DNA of 64,000 nucleotides from Nemertoderma westbladi (taxonomy: Eukaryota > Animalia > Xenacoelomorpha), in assembly GCA_032718475.1 (NCBI GenBank), contig JAUCBJ010000648.1, positions 146,155 to 210,154 on the forward strand, read 5' to 3'. Made by a program: the position numbers and the translations under genes. This document shows positions 37,444 through 49,700 of this stretch, piece by piece. How positions within the stretch are numbered: the stretch's first letter is position 1; the number at the start of each line of letters is the position of its first letter. The notes below the pieces were generated by a model. It saw only the letters and a list, made by a program, of their open reading frames with translations, made no database searches and had not been told where the DNA came from.

Positions 37444-38940
37444 CAACTAGAAAGAAAGTACTAGAAAGATCCAACTAGTGGACCAGATAACACATACCCA
37501 GTTTCGGATAATTTTATTTTAGTTTTTAGTAGTTTTTAATTAGTTTTAAATGGACAAAAGTTACACAGAGTTAAACAAAATTACACCGTGGATAATAAAT
37601 CCACCTTTAATTTATTTTGAAGAATAGGTTTGGATTTTGACTGCCGCAGACTGGTATCTATGGAGTTCCATAATGTAACTCCCTCATATTTTAAGCCTCT
37701 TTGTGCAACCAGTATTCGAGTTCGTGGAACAAACAATTTATTATCTCAAGCTGATCCTGACAAAAAGTTTACTGAAAACAACAATTGTCCTTACTCCTAT
37801 GAGTTCGCCAGGGGCCGCCCTCTAACGGAATCTTGTTTTGTATGTACCTGAACAAGATGTTGTTAATGATAACTGAATCAGTTTTAATTGATGGGTTTTT
37901 GGGTTATTGCTCTTTATGGATGATACAGTTATCTTTTCGACATCGAGAAATAATTGTATATTTAAACTCCAAGCATTAGTAAATTTTTTTTCGTCAGGTG
38001 GACTATATTATATATACTATATATTATATATACTATTGCGTAATAAGAATAAAGTTCGGAGACGTATATAATAATATAGTAAATATGATATTATAAGTAA
38101 TTACAAATATATTTCGACGGTAATAGCCGTCATTATCAATGCATATAATCCTATACAGAAGTTGGAAGTAAGTGACCTAATTATTAATAATGGAAATTGC
38201 ATATTAAATAGTGAAATAGCACAAAATCGCACAGACCACACGACAAGACTGCTACATACTACTGTACTACAATAACAGTACTAAGTCCTACATACATACT
38301 GTACGAAGATAACACCCCCCCCCCCCCCCCCCCCCAAACAAAAGGGGGGGGGGGGGGGAATGACGAAAACCGTCATTCCCAAAATATCAATGTGCGATGT
38401 TTTCAGTTTCCGTTAAACTGGTTGTAAAAAACAGAGGTTATTTCAATTTGCCCTTACACGCTTTAACTGCCATTTGTAAACCTACTAACTAGGCATTCTT
38501 AAGTTAAATATGACATTTTTAGTTTTAAAATGCTCTTCCTCTTCATTATCCTCTTTGCGCTCGTCCTGTTTTGTCTCAAAATTTTTTTTAACGCTGACTG
38601 ACGACCTTTATAACTATGTAAAGTCTCGAAACTGTGAGAGTAACTGCTGATTTATCGCAGATGGATATTCGTATCCACTGTAAAACTCGTTGCAATCTCT
38701 CTATACACTCTATACATTCCTTAAAACATTCCATTATCTATATCAGTATCGGATAAAATTACATATCGTCCAATATGCTAAACCATGTGGTTTACGAGTA
38801 TTGTTAACCACAATACTCGTTATTACGAGTATAGTCAACACAGACTCGTCTTCATTATAACATTCTTTCCACTCGTCCTGTACATCCTGGTCGCCAAATA
38901 ACTATTATAAAGTTTTATAGTTTACGAGTTTTATAGTATA

Positions 38941-39197
38941 CTAGCAGGCAATACCCGAGGCATGTTACCCGGTATTTCCCGCTACCGGCATAGGCCTACT
39001 GGCGTACTGGTACCGGTATAAGCCTACCCAGTACCGGTACCGAACGTGAATTAAACTTTTCGAAAAGTGGCCTATAACGACCGCTGGTTAAAGTTATACA
39101 CACATGCCAAGTTCCAGCGCAATCCCTCCGCCCGTTTTGGAGGAATTCGAACACAGAGAGAGAGAGAGAGACATAATTTGATTTTTATAGGTATAGA
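38941..39197 (-). mobile_element. Short non-autonomous canonical Helitron
   Basis: Minus strand reads A|TCTATACCTATAAAAATC...(CT)n...imperfect GC-rich subterminal hairpin...CTAG|T: a TC...CTAG element in an AT target with no TSD. Confidence 0.75.
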
Positions 39198-39262
39198 TTT
39201 AGAGTTTACGCGTAAACTCAACACAATACTCGCCTCCTTCATTAGCCTCGATGTGCTCGTGT

Positions 39263-39593
39263 TAAAGGCCCCACGCAAATTCTTTTTGGAAAATTTATAA
39301 ACTTCTGCCAAACAACATGTGTACCAAGATTGGTTAGATTTCATTGAGAATTAGCTAAGTTATTAACGTTTAAAAACACGGATCTACAGAACGACACACT
39401 GATTGAGTTAGAGTGGTACCCGTATGGTAAGTTTCGCTTACTTTCGTGGCTCGTCCCACAGACACACTGATTGAGTTAGAGTGGTACCCGTATGGTAAGT
39501 TCGCTTACTTTCGTGGCTCGTCCCACAGACACACTGATTGAGTTAGAGTGGTACCCGTATGGTAAGTTCGCTTACTTTCGTGGCGCCCCCACA
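39263..39593 (-). mobile_element. Fragment of the TGT-bounded family with its 5' terminal ~67 bp triplicated
   Basis: Homologous to 30445-30641. GACACACTGATTGAG...CTTTCGTGGCTCGTCCCACA starts at 39393, 39461 and 39528. Confidence 0.8.
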
Positions 39594-40710
39594 TGATCAT
39601 GACATCGGAGTCAACCTATGAAATCATAATTTAAGGGATGGTACTTTTATAATCTGTAATAATTAATCCATTATATTATTGCCAAACGACATATTATTAT
39701 CATCACAATTAGTGAAATCAAGTTTTATAATCGCCATATTATCTAATGAATATCATTCAGCACATACTAGAAAGGACTGAACTGTGCAGTTTAGCGTAGA
39801 TTATACCTAGGTAGCGCTCATTGCACTACTCAGCGCACGATGCAGGATTGGAGTGGAAGAGTTTCAATAATATTATTAAATTATTATGCACATTGCAGCC
39901 TTTGTTGAAAGTATCATTACAGTATAAAACCCAACTTCTCAGTTAACTGCCATGCGTTAGAGTACATACATTTCATTGTGATAATATCTAATGCACCGTG
40001 ATGCAATCTACTATATGAAAGAATATGAACTCAAGCTGAAGAAATAGAACGACAGTAGGATAGGACAGTGCGACAAAAGGGTATCTGAGTCACGATTTAT
40101 TATAGAAGGCAATGGAATTATTTTTAGGTAGTTGTGATGGATCGTCCAGAATTCGGAAAGCTACAATTTTTTCCCATATTTTAATACTGCGAAACCACTC
40201 CTTCTCTTCTTTTTTTCACAGTAATAAAATATAATATTGGAATAATCACTTTGTACTTACTTCAACTGTGTTTGGTGCATTTATTTCCGATGGTTAGTAT
40301 AGTTTAGGATCCTTATTGCTACCATAACACAGGGCATATTTGTTAATATTTACGTTATGCTTTATAGTTCATTATATTGTAATAAATCAAATTATATATA
40401 TTATGGACCGGCACACATTCAAGAACAGCCGTTGTCTGCAGTCGATACTGAGTTAATCGATAAACCGCACTTTGAAAAATTGCACAAGTTACAGTACAAC
40501 ATTATAGAAGGTAATTAATTATTTGCTTGTTGCCATGGTTACATGGTGGCTGCCATTGCATTTCAATAGAGCCGATACTAGAAATCAAGAGGAGGTCAGG
40601 TTCAATATATGGCGTTCCGAGCAGTCGCCATGGAAAAATTGGAATGATTTTTAAAAAAATGCCACAACCGATTAACTGATGACAATTTAGTGTGGGTAGG
40701 TCATTATGTG

Positions 40711-43700
40711 CATATAGTGGGTTCGTAGACTGAGAGCAAGTTATATAGTGGGTTCGTAGACGGAGAGCAAGTCATATAGTGGGTTTGTAGACTGAGAGCA
40801 AGTTATATAGTGGGTTCGTAGACTGAGAGCAAGTTATATAGTGGGTTCGTAGACTGAGAGCAAGTTATATAGTGGGTTCGTAGACTGAGAGCAAGTTACA
40901 TAGTGGGTTCGTAGACTGAGAGTAAGTTATATAGTGGGTTCGCAGACTGAGAGCAAGTTATATAGTGGGTTCGTAGACGGAGAGCAAGTTATATAGTGGG
41001 TTCGTAGACTGAGAGCAAGTTATATAGTGGGTTCGTAGACCTAGAGCAAGTTATATAGTGGGTTCGCAGACTGAGAGCAAGTTATATAGTGGGTTCGTAG
41101 ACTGAGAGCAAGTTATATAGTGGGTTCGTAGACCTAGAGCAAGTTATATAGTGGGTTCGTAGACGGAGAGCAAGTTATATAGTGGGTTCGTAGACTGAGA
41201 GCAAGTTATATAGTGGGTTCGTAGACTGAGAGCAAGTTATATAGTGGGTTCGTAGACTGAGAGCAAGTCATATAGTGGGTTCGTAGACTGAGAGCAAGTT
41301 ATATAGTGGGTTCGTAGACTGAGAGCAAGTTATATAGTGGGTTCGAAGACTAAGAGCAAGTTATATAGTGGGTTCGTAGACTGAGAGCAAGTCATATAGT
41401 GGGTTCGTAGACTGAGAGCAAGTTATATAGTGGGTTCGTAGACTGAGAGCAAGTTATATAGTGGGTTCGAAGACTAAGAGCAAGTTATATAGTGGGTTCG
41501 TAGACTGAGAGCAAGTTATATAGTGGGTTCGTAGACTAGGAGCAAGTTATATAGTGGGTTCGTAGACGGAGAGCAAGTTATATAGTGGGTTCGTAGACGG
41601 AGAGCAAGTTATATAGTGGGTTCGTAGACGGAGAGCAAGTTATATAGTGGGTTCGTAGACGGAGAGCAAGTTATATAGTGGGTTTGTAGACTGAGAGCAA
41701 GTTATATAGTGGGTTTGTAGACTGAGAGCAAGTTATATAGTGGGTTCGTAGACGGAGAGCAAGTTATATAGTGGGTTCGTAGACGGAGAGCAAGTTATAT
41801 AGTGGGTTCGTAGACTGAGAGCAAGTTATATAGTGGGTTCGTAGACGGAGAGCAAGTCATATAGTGGGTTCGTAGACGGAGAGCAAGTTATATAGTGGGT
41901 TCGTAGACTGAGAGCAAGTTATATAGTGGGTTCGTAGACTGAGAGCAAGTTATATAGTGGGTTCGTAGACTAAGAGCAAGTTATATAGTGGGTTCGTAGA
42001 CTGAGAGCAAGTTATATAGTGGGTTCGTAGACTGAGAGCAAGTTATATAGTGGGTTCGTAGACTAAGAGCAAGTTATATAGTGGGTTCGTAGACGGAGAG
42101 CAAGTTATATAGTGGGTTCGTAGACGGAGAGCAAATCATATAGTGGGTTCGTAGACGGAGAGCAAGTTATATAGTGGGTTCGTAGACTGAGAGCAAGTTA
42201 TATAGTGGGTTCGTAGACTGAGAGCAAGTTATATAGTGGGTGCGTAGACTAAGAGCAAGTTATATAGTGGGTTCGTAGACTGAGAGCAAGTTATTTAGTT
42301 GGTTCGTAGACTGTGAGCAAGTTATATAGTGGGTTCGTAGACTGAGAGCAAGTTATATAGTGGGTTCGTAGACTGAGAGCAAGTTATATATTGGGTTCGT
42401 AGACTGAGAGTAAGTTATATAGGGGGTTCGTAGACTGAGAGCAAGTTATATAGTGGGTTCGTAGCCTGAGAGCAAGTTATATAGTGGGTTCGTAGACTGA
42501 GAGCAAGTTATATAGTGGGTTCGTAGACGGAGAGCAAGTCATATAGTGGGTTCGTAGACTGAGAGCAAGTTATATAGTGGGTTCGGAAACGGAGAGCAAG
42601 TTATATAGTGGGTTCGTAGACTGAGAGCAAGTTATATAGTGGGTTCGTAGACGGAGAGCAAGTCATATAGTGGGTTCGTAGACGGAGAGCAAGTTATATA
42701 GTGGGTTCGTAGACTGAGAGCAAGTTATATAGTGGGTTCGTAGACGGAGAGCAGCAAGTTATATAGTGGGTTCGTAGACTGAGAGCAAGTTATATAGTGG
42801 GTTCGTAGACGGAGAGCAGCAAGTTATATAGTGGGTTCGTAGACTGAGAGCAAGTTATATAGTGGGTTCGTAGACTGGGAGCAAGTTATATAGTGGGTTC
42901 GTAGACTGAGAGCAAGTTATATAGTGGGTTCGTAGACGGAGAGCAAGTCATATAGTGGGTTCGTAGACGGAGAGCAAGTCATATAGTGGGTTCGTAGACG
43001 GAGAGCAAGTTATATAGTGGGTTCGTAGACTGAGAGCAAGTTATATAGTGGGTTCGTAGACGGAGAGCAGCAAGTTATATAGTGGGTTCGTAGACTGAGA
43101 GCAAGTTATATAGTGGGTTCGTAGACGGAGAGCAAGTTATATAGTGGGTTCGTAGACGGAGAGCAAGTTATATAGTGGGTTCGTAGACTGAGAGCAAGTT
43201 ATATAGTGGGTTCGTAGACGGAGAGCAGCAAGTTATATAGTGGGTTCGTAGACTGAGAGCAAGTTATATAGTGGGTTCGTAGACTGGGAGCAAGTTATAT
43301 AGTGGGTTCGTAGACTGAGAGCAAGTTATATAGTGGGTTCGTAGACTGAGAGCAAGTTATATAGTGGGTTCGTAGACGGAGAGCAGCAAGTTATATAGTG
43401 GGTTCGTAGACTGAGAGCAAGTTATATAGTGGGTTCGTAGACTGGGAGCAAGTTATATAGTGGGTTCGTAGACTGAGAGCAAGTTATATAGTGGGTTCGT
43501 AGACGGAGAGCAGCAAGTTATATAGTGGGTTCGTAGACTGAGAGCAAGTTATATAGTGGGTTCGTAGACTGAGAGCAAGTTATATAGTGGGTTCGTAGAC
43601 GGAGAGCAGCAAGTTATATAGTGGGTTCGTAGACTGAGAGCAAGTTATATAGTGGGTTCGTAGACTGGGAGCAAGTTATATAGTGGGTTCGTAGACTGAG

Positions 43701-46700
43701 AGCAAGTTATATAGTGGGTTCGGAAACGGAGAGCAAGTTATATAGTGGGTTCGTAGACTGAGAGCAAGTTATATAGTGGGTTCGTAGACGGAGAGCAAGT
43801 CATATAGTGGGTTCGTAGACGGAGAGCAAGTTATATAGTGGGTTCGTAGACTGAGAGCAAGTTATATAGTGGGTTCGTAGACGGAGAGCAGCAAGTTATA
43901 TAGTGGGTTCGTAGACTGAGAGCAAGTTATATAGTGGGTTCGTAGACTGGGAGCAAGTTATATAGTGGGTTCGTAGACTGAGAGCAAGTTATATAGTGGG
44001 TTCGTAGACTGAGAGCAAGTTATATAGTGGGTTCGTAGACGGAGAGCAAGTTATATAGTGGGTTCGTAGACGGAGAGCAAGTTATATAGTGGGTTCGTAG
44101 ACTGAGAGCAAGTTATATAGTGGGTTCGTAGACGGAGAGCAAGTCATATAGTGGGTTCGTAGACGGAGAGCAAGTTATATAGTGGGTTCGTAGACTGAGA
44201 GCAAGTTATATAGTGGGTTCGTAGACTGAGAGCAAGTTATATAGTGGGTTCGTAGACTAAGAGCAAGTTATATAGTGGGTTCGTAGACTGATAGCAAGTT
44301 ATATAGTGGGTTCGTAGACTGAGAGCAAGTTATATAGTGGGTTCGTAGACTAAGAGCAAGTTATATAGTGGGTTCGTAGACGGAGAGCAAGTTATATAGT
44401 GGGTTCGTAGACGGAGAGCAAATCATATAGTGGGTTCGTAGACGGAGAGCAAGTTATATAGTGGGTTTGTAGACTGAGAGCAAGTTATATAGTGGGTTCG
44501 TAGACTGAGAGCAAGTTATATAGTGGGTTCGTAGACTAAGAGCAAGTTATATAGTGGGTTCGTAGACTGAGAGCAAGTTATTTAGTGGGTTCGTAGACTG
44601 TGAGCAAGTTATATAGTGGGTTCGTAGACTGAGAGCAAGTTATATAGTGGGTTCGTAGACTGAGAGCAAGTTACATAGTGGGTTCGTAGACTGAGAGCAA
44701 GTTATTTAGTGGGTCCGTAGACTGGGAGAAAGTTATATAGTGGGTTCGTAGACGGAGAGCAAGTTATAAAGTGGGTTCGTAGACTGATAGCAAGTTATAT
44801 AGTGGGTTCGTAGACTGAGAGCAAGTTATATAGTGGGTTCGTAGACTGGGAGCAAGTTATATAGTGGGTTCGTAGAATGAGAGCAAGTCATCTAGTGGGT
44901 TCGTAGACTGAGAGCAAGTTATATAGTGGGTTCGTAGACTGAGAGCAAGTTATATAGTGGGTTCGTAGACTGGGAGCAAGTTATATAGTGGGTTCGTAGA
45001 ATGAGAGCAAGTTATATAGTGGGTTCGTAGACTGAGAGCAAGTTATATAGGGGGTTCGTAGACTGAGAGCAAGTTATATAGTGGGTTCGTAGAATGAGAG
45101 CAAGTTATATAGTGGGTTCGTAGACGGAGAGCAAGTTATATAGTGGGTTCGTAGACTGAGAGCAAGTTATATAGTGGGTTCGTAGACTGAGAACAAGTTA
45201 TATAGTGGGTTCGTAGACTGGGAGCAAGTTATATAGTGGGTTCGTAGACTGAGAGCAAGTTATATAGTGGGTTCGTAGACGGAGAGCAAGTCATATAGTG
45301 GGTTCGTAGACTGAGAGCAAGTTATATAGTGGGTTCGTAGACTGGGAGCAAGTTATATAGTGGGTTCGTAGACTGAGAGCAAGTTATATAGTGGGTTCGT
45401 AGACTGAGAGCAAGTTATATAGTGGGTTCGTAGACGGAGAGCAGCAAGTTATATAGTGGGTTCGTAGACTGAGAGCAAGTTATATAGTGGGTTCGTAGAC
45501 TGGGAGCAAGTTATATAGTGGGTTCGTAGACTGAGAGCAAGTTATATAGTGGGTTCGTAGACGGAGAGCAGCAAGTTATATAGTGGGTTCGTAGACTGAG
45601 AGCAAGTTATATAGTGGGTTCGTAGACTGAGAGCAAGTTATATAGTGGGTTCGTAGACGGAGAGCAGCAAGTTATATAGTGGGTTCGTAGACTGAGAGCA
45701 AGTTATATAGTGGGTTCGTAGACTGGGAGCAAGTTATATAGTGGGTTCGTAGACTGAGAGCAAGTTATATAGTGGGTTCGGAAACGGAGAGCAAGTTATA
45801 TAGTGGGTTCGTAGACTGAGAGCAAGTTATATAGTGGGTTCGTAGACGGAGAGCAAGTCATATAGTGGGTTCGTAGACGGAGAGCAAGTTATATAGTGGG
45901 TTCGTAGACTGAGAGCAAGTTATATAGTGGGTTCGTAGACGGAGAGCAGCAAGTTATATAGTGGGTTCGTAGACTGAGAGCAAGTTATATAGTGGGTTCG
46001 TAGACTGGGAGCAAGTTATATAGTGGGTTCGTAGACTGAGAGCAAGTTATATAGTGGGTTCGTAGACTGAGAGCAAGTTATATAGTGGGTTCGTAGACGG
46101 AGAGCAAGTTATATAGTGGGTTCGTAGACGGAGAGCAAGTTATATAGTGGGTTCGTAGACTGAGAGCAAGTTATATAGTGGGTTCGTAGACGGAGAGCAA
46201 GTCATATAGTGGGTTCGTAGACGGAGAGCAAGTTATATAGTGGGTTCGTAGACTGAGAGCAAGTTATATAGTGGGTTCGTAGACTGAGAGCAAGTTATAT
46301 AGTGGGTTCGTAGACTAAGAGCAAGTTATATAGTGGGTTCGTAGACTGATAGCAAGTTATATAGTGGGTTCGTAGACTGAGAGCAAGTTATATAGTGGGT
46401 TCGTAGACTAAGAGCAAGTTATATAGTGGGTTCGTAGACGGAGAGCAAGTTATATAGTGGGTTCGTAGACGGAGAGCAAATCATATAGTGGGTTCGTAGA
46501 CGGAGAGCAAGTTATATAGTGGGTTTGTAGACTGAGAGCAAGTTATATAGTGGGTTCGTAGACTGAGAGCAAGTTATATAGTGGGTTCGTAGACTAAGAG
46601 CAAGTTATATAGTGGGTTCGTAGACTGAGAGCAAGTTATTTAGTGGGTTCGTAGACTGTGAGCAAGTTATATAGTGGGTTCGTAGACTGAGAGCAAGTTA

Positions 46701-49700
46701 TATAGTGGGTTCGTAGACTGAGAGCAAGTTACATAGTGGGTTCGTAGACTGAGAGCAAGTTATTTAGTGGGTCCGTAGACTGGGAGAAAGTTATATAGTG
46801 GGTTCGTAGACGGAGAGCAAGTTATAAAGTGGGTTCGTAGACTGATAGCAAGTTATATAGTGGGTTCGTAGACTGAGAGCAAGTTATATAGTGGGTTCGT
46901 AGACTGGGAGCAAGTTATATAGTGGGTTCGTAGAATGAGAGCAAGTCATCTAGTGGGTTCGTAGACTGAGAGCAAGTTATATAGTGGGTTCGTAGACTGA
47001 GAGCAAGTTATATAGTGGGTTCGTAGACTGGGAGCAAGTTATATAGTGGGTTCGTAGAATGAGAGCAAGTTATATAGTGGGTTCGTAGACTGAGAGCAAG
47101 TTATATAGGGGGTTCGTAGACTGAGAGCAAGTTATATAGTGGGTTCGTAGAATGAGAGCAAGTTATATAGTGGGTTCGTAGACGGAGAGCAAGTTATATA
47201 GTGGGTTCGTAGACTGAGAGCAAGTTATATAGTGGGTTCGTAGACTGAGAACAAGTTATATAGTGGGTTCGTAGACTGGGAGCAAGTTATATAGTGGGTT
47301 CGTAGACTGAGAGCAAGTTATATAGTGGGTTCGTAGACGGAGAGCAAGTCATATAGTGGGTTCGTAGACTGAGAGCAAGTTATATAGTGGGTTCGGAAAC
47401 GGAGAGCAAGTTATATAGAGGGTTCGTAGACGGAGAGCAAGTTATATAGTGGGTTCGTAGACTGAGAGCAAGTTATATAGTGGGTTCGTAGACTGAGAGC
47501 AAGTTATATAGTGGGTTCGTAGACGGAGAGCAAGTCATATAGTGGGTTCGTAGACTGAGAGTAAGTTATATAGTGGGTTCGGAAACGGAGAGCAAGTTAT
47601 ATAGTGGGTTCGTAGACTGAGAGCAAGTTATATAGTGGGTTCGTAGACGGAGAGCAAGTCATATAGTGGGTTCGTAGACGGAGAGCAAGTTATATAGTGG
47701 GTTCGTAGACTGAGAGCAAGTTATATAGTGGGTTCGTAGACGGAGAGCAAGTTATATAGTGGGTTCGTAGACTGAGAGCAAGTTATATAGTGGGTTCGTA
47801 GACTGAGAGCAAGTTATATAGTGGGTTCGTAGACTGAGAGCAAGTTATATAGTGGGTTCGTAGACCTAGAGCAAGTTATATAGTGGGTTCGTAGACTGAG
47901 AGCAGCAAGTTATATAGTGGGTTCGTAGACTGAGAGCAAGTTATATAGTGGGTTCGTAGACGGAGAGCAAGTCATATAGTGGGTTCGTAGACTGAGAGCA
48001 AGTTATATAGTGGGTTCGTAGACGGAGAGCAAGTCATATAGTGGGTTCGTAGACTGAGATCAAGTTATATAGTGGGTTCGTAGACTGAGATCAAGTTATA
48101 TAGTGGGTTCGTAGACTGAGAGCAAGTTATATAGTGGGTTCGTAGACTGGGAGCAAGTTATATAGTGGGTTCGTAGACTGAGAGCAAGTTATATAGTGGG
48201 TTCGCAGACTGAGAGCAAGTTATATAGTGGGTTCGCAGACTGAGAGCAAGTTATATAGTGGGTTCGTAGACTGAGAGCAAGTTATATAGTGGGTTCGCAG
48301 ACTGAGAGCAAGTTATATAGTGGGTTCGTAGACTGAGAGCAAGTTATATAGTGGGTTCGCAGACTGAGAGCAAGTTATATAGTGGGTTCGTAGACTGAGA
48401 GCAAGTTATATAGTGGGTTCGCAGACTGAGAGCAAGTTATATAGTGGGTTCGTAGACTGAGAGCAAGTTATATAGTGGGTTCGTAGACGGAGAGCAAGTT
48501 ATATAGTGGGTTCGTAGACTGAGAGCAAGTTATATAGTGGGTTCGTAGACTGAGAGCAAGTTATATAGTGGGTTCGCAGACTGAGAGCAAGTTATATAGT
48601 GGGTTCGTAGACTGAGAGCAAGTTATATAGTGGGTTCGTAGACTAAGAGCAAGTTATATAGTGGGTTCGTAGACTGATAGCAAGTTATATAGTGGGTTCG
48701 TAGACTGAGAGCAAGTTATATAGTGGGTTCGTAGACTAAGAGCAAGTTATATAGTGGGTTCGTAGACGGAGAGCAAGTTATATAGTGGGTTCGTAGACTG
48801 AGAGCAAGTTATATAGTGGGTTCGTAGACTGAGAGCAAGTTATATAGTGGGTTCGTAGACTAAGAGCAAGTTATATAGTGGGTTCGTAGACTGATAGCAA
48901 GTTATATAGTGGGTTCGTAGACTGAGAGCAAGTTATATAGTGGGTTCGTAGACTAAGAGCAAGTTATATAGTGGGTTCGTAGACGGAGAGCAAGTTATAT
49001 AGTGGGTTCGTAGACGGAGAGCAAATCATATAGTGGGTTCGTAGACGGAGAGCAAGTTATATAGTGGGTTCGTAGACTGAGAGCAAGTTATATAGTGGGT
49101 TCGTAGACTGAGAGCAAGTTATATAGTGGGTTCGTAGACTAAGAGCAAGTTATATAGTGGGTTCGTAGACTGATAGCAAGTTATTTAGTGGGTTCGTAGA
49201 CTGTGAGCAAGTTATATAGTGGGTTCGTAGACTGAGAGCAAGTTATATAGTGGGTTCGTAGACTGAGAGCAAGTTACATAGTGGGTTCGTAGACTGAGAG
49301 CAAGTTATTTAGTGGGTCCGTAGACTGGGAGAAAGTTATATAGTGGGTTCGTAGACGGAGAGCAAGTTATAAAGTGGGTTCGTAGACTGATAGCAAGTTA
49401 TATAGTGGGTTCGTAGACTGAGAGCAAGTTATATAGTGGGTTCGTAGACTGGGAGCAAGTTATATAGTGGGTTCGTAGAATGAGAGCAAGTCATCTAGTG
49501 GGTTCGTAGACTGAGAGCAAGTTATATAGTGGGTTCGTAGACTGAGAGCAAGTTATATAGTGGGTTCGTAGACTGGGAGCAAGTTATATAGTGGGTTCGT
49601 AGAATGAGAGCAAGTTATATAGTGGGTTCGTAGACTGAGAGCAAGTTATATAGGGGGTTCGTAGACTGAGAGCAAGTTATATAGTGGGTTCGTAGAATGA

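Noticed and set aside
36707-37478. Overlapping Cys- or His-rich ORFs on both strands
   Set aside because: The 23-bp minisatellite lacks stop codons.
38314-38358. Poly(C) followed by poly(G), plus other G/C homopolymers, as G-quadruplex or hairpin elements
   Set aside because: Such runs are scattered through the window, are error-prone in assemblies and have no specific context.
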